Shown here piece after piece: positions 21,574 to 32,926 of a stretch of 64,000 nucleotides of DNA (position 1 is the first letter of the stretch; the number at the start of each line of letters is the position of its first letter). Position numbers and translations under genes: made by a program. The notes below the pieces were generated by a model, which was not told the origin of the DNA, did no database searches, and saw only the letters and a list, made by a program, of their open reading frames with translations. This DNA comes from Barthelona sp. PAP020 (lineage: Eukaryota), in the NCBI GenBank assembly GCA_040182905.1, contig JARQWU010000023.1, positions 1 to 64,000 on the forward strand, in the 5' to 3' direction.

Positions 21574-22492
21574 TTGATTTAAAATACAAATAGAAACCAT
21601 AATATGTTTTGAACAAGAAAAAAATTAACAAAATAGTGTAAAAAGTTTTTTTTCATTTTTATTTCCAACTAAAAATGCGCTGTGTGTATGAGTGAATTAA
21701 AAAAACCGTTTTAGTTTTTGTGATCAATGTGGAATTGCAGAGATTTATTTCATAAGAGAGGAAAAAAATAAATTAAAATAATTAAAAAAAAAAAATATTT
21801 AAAATGTGAGCAACCTTGTGATCCACTTTTTTAACAAATTTTTAAAGTACAGTAGCCTTATTTGGGTGGATAGAACAAGAAAAAGTGAATCTTTTCACAA
21901 AAGATATTTTATGATAATAAGATGAGGTTAGAAGAAATATTTAATCGGTCAAAATTTGTAAAATAGAACTGGATCTTATTCTTAAACCAATCACATGTAT
22001 TACCAAGAAAGTCAAACAATAAAAAAACCTATTTGGTTCAATTTTTAAAGCGAGCAATGATTACAGAATAGAATTATTGATCAAATTTTTAAATTAGGGA
22101 AAATTGTGTAATCTTTCCATTCTTATGATTATTCAAAAGAATTTCTCCAGAGTAAACTTTTGCTTGAAAACATTCTTTCTTTTTAACAGACTAATTAGAT
22201 CTTTAAAGTCTTTAACCAAGAAAAAGGATCATATCTTTATTTGTTCATCCATCTTCTCACTGCTTTCTGATGAAGAAATAATAAAAATATATTATTTCAC
22301 AAAAGCTAAACATGTTTTGCATCAACGGAACTTTTGGGTGTCTTTTAATTAAAGCAATTGAAAGATTGAAGGAATAATTTTGTGATTTGATCTGTTTTTT
22401 TTTTTTGAAACATGTTTTAACGATACCCTAATCAAAAAAAAAAAGCATATGCACTCCAATTTGGCAAAAACTAGATTTTTTATAAGATTTGA

Positions 22493-23545
22493 CTATTCCC
22501 ATAATTGGGCCCCTGAATTAGGCGTACTTGACATATTTAATTTTGTTTCACTGCCACTATTTGTGTCAATTGGTTCCACTGTATTTACAATTCCTTCATC
22601 CACATTAACAGAGGGAAGGAATGAATATGGATTTTGTATCTGTACAGGATAATTAGGGTACATCATCATAAGATATCCAGCTTGAGTCAGTGGAGAAACA
22701 CCCATTGGACTCACCGATTGATAAGGGGATGTTGATTGTATCATGCTTGGATATTGGTTCTGACTACTGGGAGAATAAACAGGATTTGGAGAATAAACTG
22801 GTGGATACATTAAAAGATGTTGTTGACTAACAGGAATTCCACTTACTACCATTGGAGCAACAGCAGTTGAAATGGTTTCTTCTTCTTCTTCCTCTTCTCC
22901 TACTTCAACATTTTTTTTGGCTTCAGTCACAACATTGTTTACAGCTCGACCAATGTTGATGCTCATATTATGATTAATATTCACATTACTTTTTATCATC
23001 TTGTTGACATTATTTTTTTTATATGTACCCTTCTTTTTACCACCAGATGCCTGTTCAGATTGAAATTTATCTAATAAAGAATCTCTTAAAGGCAAATCAT
23101 TGTCTCTGAGGTTTACACCTCTTTTGATACCTCTTTGCTTTCTTGCAAGCAATCTATATTTTTGCAAATGTGAAGCAATATTCTCTCTGGATAAATTTCC
23201 TGTTTCTCCCATGTGTTTTAAAATCGTTCTAGGAACTGCAGATTTAATTCCCAAATCTTTTATTGCTGCCACAAACTTAGAGTGTAATTCAGGTGTCCAA
23301 TTTAATCGTTTTTTTGAAGTTTTTGAATCCTCATTGTCATCAATATCATCATCATCATCATATTCGTTTCTATTCATCATATCTGGAGGATACATATTAT
23401 ATGATTGTGAAGTTGGTATCTGAATCAAATTAGATGGATACTGATAAACATTATATTGTTGAACAATTGGAACACTATTATTTTCAATATTTGAAGACAA
23501 TAAATGAACATTAAAATTCGTATTATCAATATTATCTTGTGCCAT
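22493..23545 (-). CDS. GARP-type (SHAQKYF) Myb-like transcription factor
   Basis: RLNWTPELHSKFVAAIKDLG..AVPRTIL..LSRENIASHLQKYR. Confidence 0.9.
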   Translation of the reverse strand: MAQDNIDNTNFNVHLLSSNIENNSVPIVQQYNVYQYPSNLIQIPTSQSYNMYPPDMMNRNEYDDDDDIDDNEDSKTSKKRLNWTPELHSKFVAAIKDLGIKSAVPRTILKHMGETGNLSRENIASHLQKYRLLARKQRGIKRGVNLRDNDLPLRDSLLDKFQSEQASGGKKKGTYKKNNVNKMIKSNVNINHNMSINIGRAVNNVVTEAKKNVEVGEEEEEEETISTAVAPMVVSGIPVSQQHLLMYPPVYSPNPVYSPSSQNQYPSMIQSTSPYQSVSPMGVSPLTQAGYLMMMYPNYPVQIQNPYSFLPSVNVDEGIVNTVEPIDTNSGSETKLNMSSTPNSGAQLWE

Positions 23546-23966
23546 TATTCATATATTGGAAAAAATAAAATCAAATATGTTAAAAAATTTCTGAACTATG
23601 AAAAGGCAAGAAATCCCACTCTCACAAATTGAAATAATTTTTCAACTATTCCACATTTTTTTGTGTGTAATAAAAGAAATTAGCCTTCAAATTTTACAAA
23701 ATAACGAACAATAAAAAACTGTTTTTTGTTTTCCCTTATCTTTTCATGCTTCACAACTATTTGCTTTCAATTTATCAAATAGATTTTATTGGGAGTTAGC
23801 AAAATAACCAAGAAAATCATTAAAAATAGAAATGATTTCTAGTTGCATAAGATAAGGCTTTATGAATATATAACAAAATAATAATTTTAAAATTGCACTG
23901 TTGGTGGAAAAATAAAAAAGAAAAAAAATTTGGGAAACTTTTCTTCTTCTTCAAACATTTTTCATT

Positions 23967-24425
23967 ATGTCTGACATTGTTGCTCCCAAGATTAAAATCC
24001 TTTCTAAAAATGCCAAGAAGGCCAAACGTATTTTTGCCAAGTACACTGAATATTGTCCTGATTATAACAGAGTCTTTATTCGTATGAAACAAGATATGAT
24101 GGTTATTGTTAGTGATGCTGAGGTTTATAGAAACCCAGTTTCAAACCACTATATTGTTTTGGGTACCCCCAACTATCAATCTTTGAGTCAACAACAAGCT
24201 ACTAATGCTGCTCAAAAGTACAGCGAACAAGTCACTGAAGAACAAGAAGAAAAGCCTGAAGTTGAAGCCGAGAATGTTGAAAGTTTGGATTTCACTGATG
24301 CTCAAGAACAAGATATTGAAACCATTTTGGCTCAATGTCCTGATGTTAGCAGAGCTGATGCTATTAAAGCATTGCAACAAACCAATTGGGAACTTATTGA
24401 GGCTTTGTTAAAGGTTCAAGAATAA
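23967..24425 (+). CDS. NACA: Nascent polypeptide-associated complex alpha
   Basis: NAC domain (SKNAKKAKR..AEVYRNPVSNHYIVLG) plus C-terminal UBA (DIETILAQCPDVSRADAIKAL). Confidence 0.85.
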   Translation: MSDIVAPKIKILSKNAKKAKRIFAKYTEYCPDYNRVFIRMKQDMMVIVSDAEVYRNPVSNHYIVLGTPNYQSLSQQQATNAAQKYSEQVTEEQEEKPEVEAENVESLDFTDAQEQDIETILAQCPDVSRADAIKALQQTNWELIEALLKVQE

Positions 24426-24604
24426 AGTAACGGATGAATAATCTAGCAATTTTTTGTTTTGTCAGTCAATTTTTTTTTTTTTTTCTCAATTTTGGTGCAA
24501 ACTGTGTGTTTTGTTTTGAAAAAAGTTTTCAAAAATTATTTTTGAAAAAAGTTGATTGAAAAGGGGGAAAACTCCATATTCTTTCTTTTTTTTTTATAAC
24601 TTAA

Positions 24605-26158
24605 ATGGACATCGAAAAAGATAGAGTTGATTTACAAACTGTTAGTCCAGCTTTGTCAATTCCTGAAAATGAACATCCATATTCCAATTTGAGAAAATTC
24701 ACCATTTGTGGGTTAAGTTTTTTAACACCTGCTGGTGCTGCAATTAGTCCTTCATTGCCTGCTATTCAAAACTATTTTTCAGCAGTATCTAATGTTGAGG
24801 TTTTGACCCCTTTGATTTTGACTTTACCTTCGTTGGCACAAGTCTTTTTCGCTTTTTTCAATGGATTTATTGTAGATAAGTTTTCAAAACGAAAAATTTT
24901 GTTGATCACATTGATTATGAATCTTTTTGTTGGAATTCTGCCATTTTTTCTTGAAAATTTTAGTCTTATATTAATCGCCAGATTTTGTTACGGAATCACT
25001 GGTTCACTAATTCAAACTACTGTTAATACTTTACCTTCTATTTATTATAAAGATCCAAAAGAAAGAAATGCTTTGTTGGCTTTTAATGGAACATCATTAG
25101 CCATGGGTGTTGTCTTTTTTGCTGGTTTTGGAGGTTTTTTTTGTGATCAATTTGGTTGGCGATCTCCTTTTCTTTTGTTATTAATTTCTATTTTTTTTAT
25201 TCCTTTGGTTTATTTATGTATTTATGATCATCGTTCATATGCAGAAGAAGAATTGAACCGTAAAATGCAAACGGGTGATTCCAAAAAGCAATCAAAAAAA
25301 TTCCCTATTGTTTCGTTATTGAGTGTTTATTTTACAGCAGCTTTTTGGAATACTGCATTTTACTTAATTCCCAGTTTTGGTTCTGGAAAGATACAGTCCA
25401 TCGGTGGTAGTGCTTCTACTTTTGGTGTTATTATGATTTTGGATGGCATTGCCAATTTTATTTTCACCTTTATTTTCAGGAAATTTTGTCTTGATGTGAA
25501 GTTTGCTTATGCTGGAACAGTTGCTTCAGCTTCCTATTTTGTTTCTTGTTTTGCGATGGCAAAATTCACCAGTATTGCGGAATTGATGTGTATTTTACCT
25601 TTATTCATTGGTATTGCAAATGGTATGGGTTTTCCTTTGCAATTGCGAGGTGTCAGTGATCTTGTCAGTGATTCTCATGTTCAATATTTAGGAAGATGTA
25701 TGGGAATATTAAATATGTTTGTTTACGCAGGTCAGTTTCTTTCCCCCTTAATATATGGTTTGCCCTCTTTGGCACCATTTGGTTATGATAGATATGCATA
25801 TTTAGCTTCCATTGAATGCTTTTTGGCAATAATTATGAGTATTTTATACTCTTGCTATAAACCAGAGAATGAAACTTCTGATATTGATGTGACCAAAACA
25901 ATTGAACTTGAAAATAATGTTGAAGTTCCTGAGTACGTTCATGTCGATGATGATGAAATCATGATCGAGGAAGCTGGAATGGATGATGACATTGATGTTG
26001 ATGGTTCTGTCAAAGAAGAGGAATTCGAAGCTAACATTTCTTTATTAGATGATGAATCAAATGATAGTCCCGTGATAGATGAAAAATCTAATGATGATAG
26101 TCCCATGGATAATTTTGAAGTTGCTGTTGATGAAGAGCTTGAAGTTGAGATTCATTAA
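24605..26158 (+). CDS. MFS transporter with acidic C-terminal tail
   Basis: About 12 TM segments, motif A GFIVDKFSKRK, AISPSLPAI..LILTLPSL, FGWRSPFLL. Confidence 0.9.
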   Translation: MDIEKDRVDLQTVSPALSIPENEHPYSNLRKFTICGLSFLTPAGAAISPSLPAIQNYFSAVSNVEVLTPLILTLPSLAQVFFAFFNGFIVDKFSKRKILLITLIMNLFVGILPFFLENFSLILIARFCYGITGSLIQTTVNTLPSIYYKDPKERNALLAFNGTSLAMGVVFFAGFGGFFCDQFGWRSPFLLLLISIFFIPLVYLCIYDHRSYAEEELNRKMQTGDSKKQSKKFPIVSLLSVYFTAAFWNTAFYLIPSFGSGKIQSIGGSASTFGVIMILDGIANFIFTFIFRKFCLDVKFAYAGTVASASYFVSCFAMAKFTSIAELMCILPLFIGIANGMGFPLQLRGVSDLVSDSHVQYLGRCMGILNMFVYAGQFLSPLIYGLPSLAPFGYDRYAYLASIECFLAIIMSILYSCYKPENETSDIDVTKTIELENNVEVPEYVHVDDDEIMIEEAGMDDDIDVDGSVKEEEFEANISLLDDESNDSPVIDEKSNDDSPMDNFEVAVDEELEVEIH

Positions 26159-26268
26159 TTATCTGTCTTATTCATATATTTGTTTTAAATAAATAGTTTT
26201 CGGTTTTTTTATCCATTCAACGATACAGAATCTTTGAGAAGTTAAGAAAAAAAAAAAAACATTTTGAA

Positions 26269-29200
26269 TCAATCAAACATACATTTATCAATTGTATTTT
26301 TAAATTTTTCATACAAATCTGTCCCAAAGAATTGGTTGGCATCAGTAATATTGATAACAACAAACTCTTTAGCTTCATTGTTGTTTTTAATTAAATCCCC
26401 TCTTCTCTTTAGGAATAACAAATGCAGAGGGGATTGGTAAATGTTGTTAAATTGAAGAAGTAACTCAAAATAATCCGATGATAAAAAGCACTCAAATGCC
26501 CAAAATTTCTCTAACATTATGCTTAAATGCATAATATTTGAATCAAAACATTTTGAAAATTTGTGCTTTAACAATATTTCTTTGACCAATGGATTAAAAA
26601 TTAATTGTTTAAATATTAATCTGAGATCCAATTCAAAATTATCATTATTTTCATCATCATTTGTTAAATTGTTTAATAAAAACAATAAAACTTTAAGAAT
26701 ATAATGCTCTGATAAACTTTGAAAAATTTCAAAAAATTTCAAAAAATCTTTCATTTTCTTATTCAAAATATTCAACAAAAATTTGTATCTAATTTCTTCA
26801 TTGCATTGAAACAATATTTTACTTGTAAGTTTATTATTTAAACAATCAGATAAATGGACAATACTCTCAAATGTTAAATATTCCAGATCAATTTTGTTTA
26901 AAATACTTTCATCAAATATTCTATTTGTATTAACTTTTAAAAGTTTAACAAAAACACTTTGATTGCAAATTTTATCCAACAAATTTTCAAAAATCGAAAT
27001 ATGTTCTTTTGATAAAACATTTACACAAAATAATAATATATCAAAACTTTCATCATCATTTAAAGTTTTTGGAAAAAAAGGGTTGAACCATTTTTTTAAT
27101 ACAGCTATTTTTATTGAATTTATTGTTGGTTCAACTCCTTCATCCAATAAAAGTTTTCCAATTTTTAGATAATTTAAATAATTATCAGTCAAAGCTAAAA
27201 AGTCAAATGCACTGTACTCAATGTTAGTGTCATCATCAAATTTAATTGTTTGAAATGGATCAACATTCTCATAACCCAGTAAATTACTAATAAATGAAAT
27301 GTCTCCTTTTTTTAAGCCCAATAAAAATGGTGTTAAACCACAATTCAATTGATGATTAATATGATGTGGTTTGAAAAAATGGGTTCTCATATCATTTTCT
27401 GAACGATTAATACAAATCAAAGCAAAGTCATCAACGTCTACAATTTGATTACTGTGAATATGAGAACTATTTTTATTTTTATTGTAAAATAGACAAGGAC
27501 AGTCATAATGATTCAACAGCAATGTAAATCCACTGTTCAACAGCAGTTTCAAAATAGAATAATCATGTTTGATTAAAGCCAATTCAGTAACACTGGGAAA
27601 ATCATCATTAAAATCAAAATCAAATTCTAAAAGTTTTTGCACCCAACTAATACTTCCTAACAAAACCGCCAAATGTAAAGAAGTCATCTTGAACTTATTT
27701 TGTCTCAAAACCACTTTATCTTTTTTGTCTTTATTATCCTTTGTGTGAAAATTGTTCAAAGGAAAATCAACTCGATCAAACAGAACCATTAAATCCATAC
27801 TAGATAATCCTTCAAAATTAACATAATTTATATCAAAATGCTCCAATTCTAACAATCTTTCAAACATATCCGATCTGTTGTTAATAATACATCGTTGTAA
27901 TAAAGAAATTCCATCATATTCTAATTCCATGTTATTCAGAAGAACATTATGTGTTTGTAAATATCTGAAGTGATATGTCAACAAATTACGTAAAAAATCT
28001 GACTCTCCTTCAATAGTGACTAAATGAAGTAATTTAACAGTAGGAAAAGCCTTATTCACTTTATGTACTAATAATTCACTCAAAATAGGAAGATTTCCCA
28101 ATAAATATGCCACTTCTAAACAACTTATTTCATTAACAGTTTCAATATTAGGATCAGCTCCAGCATTCAACAATAAAACAACCATTTGTATGTTCTCGAT
28201 CGTACATGCAATATACAAAGGTGTTTGTCCAGTTTGTTCTTCGGCTTCATTCACAATCTTTTGAATCTTCTTAAATTCCATCAATTTATAAACAATTGGA
28301 AAACATCCACTCTTAACAGCATAATGTAACATGTTTAAACTTGCATTTAAATTACCACTGAATTCGGAATTTCTTTCATCTTTAAAGGGTTCATCGCTTA
28401 AAAGATTCTCAATATCAGGAATATTGTTTAAAAGATACATGACCAAACTATAATACCCTCTATTTATAAAAGTACAAAGCAATTGGGTCAATCTATTTTT
28501 GGAAAAATACATTTTAGAAGTAGAAGCTGGCAATCCAATTATTAAGCGTTTGAGAATTTCGTTTGGTAAAACATTTGAAATACTTTGTAAAATGTTCATC
28601 GGCAACTTTTCAAACTTTTGAAAGTTTTTATAATCATCATAACAATCATAATCTGTGGTTATGTTGCGAACACTTTGAATTTTTCGAATGTTTTTTAATT
28701 CCATTCGTAACAAAATTAAATCATTGTTTAAATCAAAGAAAGCAGCATGATTTTGAGTAGTTGCAGTAGATTTTTCTTCATCTTCATTAAATTCACCAAT
28801 ATCTCCATCTACAAAAGAAATTAAAGATAATGAAGCTTCATTGCCATTCTCAAAACTGTTTAATTGTTTTTGCAATCTATTAATTACTTGTTGCAATCTA
28901 AAAATCTCCCTTTTAGCAGATTTCAAATCATAATCTTCCTTTGTATGTTTGTTTATGTGAACATTATTTTTGACGTGTTTTGCACGGGCACCAAACTTTA
29001 AACTTACTTTAGTTTCATCAACACTTACAGATGAGGGTGAAACTGCAAGCAATATCACTGTCAATGAATTCCCACCTAAAGATTGTTGAAGAATTCGAGT
29101 AAGTTTTGAATCTCGATATCTCAAAAATCCTGGGTTTTCCTTTGACAATTCTGATATTATGTTTCCTAATGTAAGTAAAGACCTATTAATAGAAACAGCT

Positions 29201-30006
29201 TCATTCAAACGTTCACCGAAAGTAGATCCAGATTTTTTAATTCTTTCACTTCCACATAAATCAACTAGATTAAACTCAGATTCAGTAATTGTCGATCCAA
29301 ATTTTGAAGTTTGTGAATACTTTATTTTGAAAATGGTATGTGATCTTGAAGAAGCTTTGGAAAGAAATGTTTGAGCGATCTTTGCTTGTAAAATTCCTTC
29401 TTTTAACAGGAATAAAGCTTCATCAACGTTCTTTACAACATGTTCAGTTAAATTTTGAACTTCAATAGTGTTTAAACTTTTTTGTCGAATTAAAAGTTCT
29501 CTTTTTGGACTTAATAAATCTGTTAATTTTTCGTTATACAACTCCATAAAGGATATTCGAATTTCACAATACTGTGCTATTTCATTGGCAAGCAATCTTT
29601 CAAAAATATGCCGAATCGCTCTTGGAATCATACCCTCTAACTCCAATCTTTTAGAAACAGAATTAGTTGAACGATCATTTTTGTATTGAGGATAAAAATA
29701 ATCATATCCAAACAAAGAATACGTTTTACCACTAGTAGTCATTCCATAAGCAAATACAGTACAATTAATTCCTTTTAAAAAGTTATGAATTAAAGGCTTA
29801 ATCGTTTCATTGAAAACTGTTTCTTGACTTGTTTCAGGGTCAAAAACACCATCAAAAATGAATTCTTGACTTTTGTTTCCATCTTCAATGCAAATAGTTT
29901 TCTTATCTTTAAATTCAACAATCGATCTGCCATTCATTTTTCTTTCATATTCAATTTGTGGTCTACATCTTGCAAATACTTTAATTGGTTGAAATGGACT
30001 TATCAT
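26269..30006 (-). CDS. Kinesin motor domain plus ankyrin repeats
   Basis: IKVFARCRP, FAYGMTTSGKT, SSRSH, LVDLCGSER, YRDSKLTRIL; ankyrin GQTPLYIAC, TSLHLAV; ATG at 30006. Confidence 0.9.
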   Translation of the reverse strand: MISPFQPIKVFARCRPQIEYERKMNGRSIVEFKDKKTICIEDGNKSQEFIFDGVFDPETSQETVFNETIKPLIHNFLKGINCTVFAYGMTTSGKTYSLFGYDYFYPQYKNDRSTNSVSKRLELEGMIPRAIRHIFERLLANEIAQYCEIRISFMELYNEKLTDLLSPKRELLIRQKSLNTIEVQNLTEHVVKNVDEALFLLKEGILQAKIAQTFLSKASSRSHTIFKIKYSQTSKFGSTITESEFNLVDLCGSERIKKSGSTFGERLNEAVSINRSLLTLGNIISELSKENPGFLRYRDSKLTRILQQSLGGNSLTVILLAVSPSSVSVDETKVSLKFGARAKHVKNNVHINKHTKEDYDLKSAKREIFRLQQVINRLQKQLNSFENGNEASLSLISFVDGDIGEFNEDEEKSTATTQNHAAFFDLNNDLILLRMELKNIRKIQSVRNITTDYDCYDDYKNFQKFEKLPMNILQSISNVLPNEILKRLIIGLPASTSKMYFSKNRLTQLLCTFINRGYYSLVMYLLNNIPDIENLLSDEPFKDERNSEFSGNLNASLNMLHYAVKSGCFPIVYKLMEFKKIQKIVNEAEEQTGQTPLYIACTIENIQMVVLLLNAGADPNIETVNEISCLEVAYLLGNLPILSELLVHKVNKAFPTVKLLHLVTIEGESDFLRNLLTYHFRYLQTHNVLLNNMELEYDGISLLQRCIINNRSDMFERLLELEHFDINYVNFEGLSSMDLMVLFDRVDFPLNNFHTKDNKDKKDKVVLRQNKFKMTSLHLAVLLGSISWVQKLLEFDFDFNDDFPSVTELALIKHDYSILKLLLNSGFTLLLNHYDCPCLFYNKNKNSSHIHSNQIVDVDDFALICINRSENDMRTHFFKPHHINHQLNCGLTPFLLGLKKGDISFISNLLGYENVDPFQTIKFDDDTNIEYSAFDFLALTDNYLNYLKIGKLLLDEGVEPTINSIKIAVLKKWFNPFFPKTLNDDESFDILLFCVNVLSKEHISIFENLLDKICNQSVFVKLLKVNTNRIFDESILNKIDLEYLTFESIVHLSDCLNNKLTSKILFQCNEEIRYKFLLNILNKKMKDFLKFFEIFQSLSEHYILKVLLFLLNNLTNDDENNDNFELDLRLIFKQLIFNPLVKEILLKHKFSKCFDSNIMHLSIMLEKFWAFECFLSSDYFELLLQFNNIYQSPLHLLFLKRRGDLIKNNNEAKEFVVINITDANQFFGTDLYEKFKNTIDKCMFD

Positions 30007-30085
30007 AATCGAATTATAAATGCAAGAAAGCCGAAAAAAAAAATCCAATTGTATCCAAAACAATAATTTTTTCCCTTTTTATAAC

Positions 30086-32926
30086 ATGAGTGAAATCTCA
30101 GTTGAATCGAAAAAAACGTCCAATGAAAATGAATTAATCGATTCAACAATGCATTGCACTGAAGAAGATTCTTTATATTTGCTTTTGAAGGAAAAAGATC
30201 AACAAATTGAAAGATTACAACAACAATTAAATATTCTTAATGAAAAACAAAGGGCGTTTCAATATGAAAAAGATCAATATGACAGTGGAGTGATTAGGTC
30301 AGTAGATAGTCAAATCAGAGTGTACGATTCGTTTTATAACCAATATACACAACGAGAACAACAATTTAAGAATTTTTCTTCTTTTGTATCTATTTTTAAC
30401 AATGGATTCAACAATTTATTGGAAGGATATCTAACATTGGCCAATAATTGTACCAATGAAACTGTAAAAGAAGATATGGAAGTTAATTTTGATCCAGAAC
30501 AGTTATTGAGTGATTTGTCTAAAGAAATGATGAGTCTCGCTTCAACTAACATTCAGTCTGTAGAACTTGAAAATAAATTCGAAAAAATTCAAGAAGAAGA
30601 TAATTTAGGACATGGTCCTGCAACTGTGAAAGATTACATGCAAAATGAAATTATTAGTGAAGAAAAGAATAAAGAAGATGAGAATATTGATTTATCCTTG
30701 ATTGAAGCAAAAGAAGATTCGACAATTGAAGCAAAAATTGAAAGTATTGATGAAATTATTGAAGTTAAGAGTAAGGGGATCATTTCCTCATTAAATAATG
30801 TACCATCCTTGCTTAAAAATGATAATATAATGACTTTAGCTGAAGAAATTCATCATTTATGTGAAAATGATGCAACAAATGACAGGTTAATTGAATTGAT
30901 GGATGATTTGTTGAAGATATCTAAAAGCAAAGTTGAATTAATTAATGAAATGAATATCTTGGAATATTTTTATTCTGACTTGAAAATTATGGTTTGCTGT
31001 AGAGAAAATATTAGAATACAAAGACGAGCTCTTGATTTTTTTGTCATTATTTTTGAATACAGCAATGATTTAAATTTGTATGAGAAATATGGTTATTTGT
31101 TGTTGTTAAACAGACTAATTCTCACACAAAACGATTATATTGTACTTGAGAAATTATTTGAATGTTTGTGTTTTGTATTGTATCGTAAAAGCCTGTTCAC
31201 AAAAGATGAAAAATATTTTTCAAAAATAAATGGTTCTGAGGAATCAAAATATTCTTTCAACAATTTTTTTTCGCAATCAATCATTTTTAGCATAATTGGG
31301 AGAATCACTGACATTTTAGCAAGTAATTTCTTTTCAACCATGAATTCCAAAGAAATATCAACAATCAAAACAGATCATTTTCAAATGTTCAAATGTTTAA
31401 AGTTGATTTGTAATATTTTTCCTGAAAATTTTAATGAATATAATGGAATGGAATTTTTAATCAATATTTTCAAAGATTTGATTCAAAATTTAACAAAAAA
31501 TAAAAAAAACATTTTGAATTTGCTTCAAATTTTTTCTATGTCTTCAAAATTCAAAAAAAATCGTTCAAATATTCGTAAATTTGATGGTATTGATGCGATT
31601 ATCGAATGTTTAAACATTTCGAAAGATCATGATATTATGATTGAATGTTTTGCTTTACTTTCAAATCTGTCCATCAGTAAAACAAACAAAATTGCCATAT
31701 TGAAACAAATAAATAGCTTGCAAGACTATTTATTCCCCCTAAAAAGTTCAAAAAGTCCAAAAAATTTGAAACTTTTTAAAAATATATTGAATTTTTTTTA
31801 TAATTTATGTTTTGAGATTGAATCTTCATATTGGAATGAATTATTTGATGATGATGAGATTTATAATCTTTTGATTGTTATGAATGATCAATTGAATTAT
31901 CCTTCTGTTCAAATTAATGAAATTTTACAAATTTTATCACTATTGATTAACTTATATGCTCTAATTTTCAAAAGGATTAAAAAATCACAATCTCAATTAT
32001 TTGATTTGATTCCAGACATTGTCATTGACTTTTTGAAGATTGTTAACAGAATTTTGAATGATGATGAGCTAAAACAACATGATATTTCTTATAAATATTT
32101 TGCTCATGTATTTAATATGTTAAATTTAATAATTGAAGAAAATTTCACAACAAATGATTTGCAAATGATTTTGTTACAGAATTTACAAATGTTGGTAAAC
32201 ATTATCAATCAATTGAGTTTGCATATTAGACATAATTTATCTGATGACTTGTTGAAATCTTTGATAAGTCTTTTCAATTTGATTATTAATGTGTATAATT
32301 TTGAAAATTTCAAAACGTTTGGTGTATATTTACAAGCAGAAAATCAAAAAGATTTGGAAACATGTTTATTAAGGACCTTATTTGGTGCTTTGGTTGCATA
32401 TCATATCTGTTTTGTCTTTTCCAAACGTCAAGAAGTGAAATCTAGCGATTTGGAATTGTTTGAGGGATTAATTACTTTAAATATCCAATTATTTTTCTAT
32501 TTTGTCAATGATAATCATATAATTTTGGATAATCTTTTTATTAATGATGAAACAAGAAGTATTTATTTGTATTCATTGTGGTTAGTTGGTTCTAAGTATA
32601 AAGCAAACAAAGTCTTCAATTTTGTGGGCAAATACCTGATTAAAAGCTTGAAATTTTTGAGTTCTGAAATTTTATTGAATTATCTTTTCAAAGAAAATTT
32701 GGATTGCATTGTAATTCATCCATCTTTGAAAAAATTAATTCCCAAAAAAGCCTTAATGTTTGTCTCAAAACAAGATTTTGAAATATCTGTTCGTAGTCTT
32801 GTGGAAATATTGTTGATGTTTTCAAATTCTGATAATTCTTTCAAAGAATTTGCAGTAATTCAAGAGTTGTTCAAAAAATATCAATCAGAAAGACCTTATT
32901 TGGAATTTAGAGATTTTGTTGAATAA
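30086..32926 (+). CDS. Coiled-coil plus ARM/HEAT-like repeat protein
   Basis: NRSNIRKFDGIDAII..LLSNLSISKTNKIAI is ARM-like; start taken at MSEISV. Confidence 0.65.
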   Translation: MSEISVESKKTSNENELIDSTMHCTEEDSLYLLLKEKDQQIERLQQQLNILNEKQRAFQYEKDQYDSGVIRSVDSQIRVYDSFYNQYTQREQQFKNFSSFVSIFNNGFNNLLEGYLTLANNCTNETVKEDMEVNFDPEQLLSDLSKEMMSLASTNIQSVELENKFEKIQEEDNLGHGPATVKDYMQNEIISEEKNKEDENIDLSLIEAKEDSTIEAKIESIDEIIEVKSKGIISSLNNVPSLLKNDNIMTLAEEIHHLCENDATNDRLIELMDDLLKISKSKVELINEMNILEYFYSDLKIMVCCRENIRIQRRALDFFVIIFEYSNDLNLYEKYGYLLLLNRLILTQNDYIVLEKLFECLCFVLYRKSLFTKDEKYFSKINGSEESKYSFNNFFSQSIIFSIIGRITDILASNFFSTMNSKEISTIKTDHFQMFKCLKLICNIFPENFNEYNGMEFLINIFKDLIQNLTKNKKNILNLLQIFSMSSKFKKNRSNIRKFDGIDAIIECLNISKDHDIMIECFALLSNLSISKTNKIAILKQINSLQDYLFPLKSSKSPKNLKLFKNILNFFYNLCFEIESSYWNELFDDDEIYNLLIVMNDQLNYPSVQINEILQILSLLINLYALIFKRIKKSQSQLFDLIPDIVIDFLKIVNRILNDDELKQHDISYKYFAHVFNMLNLIIEENFTTNDLQMILLQNLQMLVNIINQLSLHIRHNLSDDLLKSLISLFNLIINVYNFENFKTFGVYLQAENQKDLETCLLRTLFGALVAYHICFVFSKRQEVKSSDLELFEGLITLNIQLFFYFVNDNHIILDNLFINDETRSIYLYSLWLVGSKYKANKVFNFVGKYLIKSLKFLSSEILLNYLFKENLDCIVIHPSLKKLIPKKALMFVSKQDFEISVRSLVEILLMFSNSDNSFKEFAVIQELFKKYQSERPYLEFRDFVE

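Noticed and set aside
21574..22492. 920-nt spacer containing 82-aa and 67-aa ORFs
   Set aside because: No motif or strong structure seen; likely the long 3' UTR of the GARP gene or degenerate sequence
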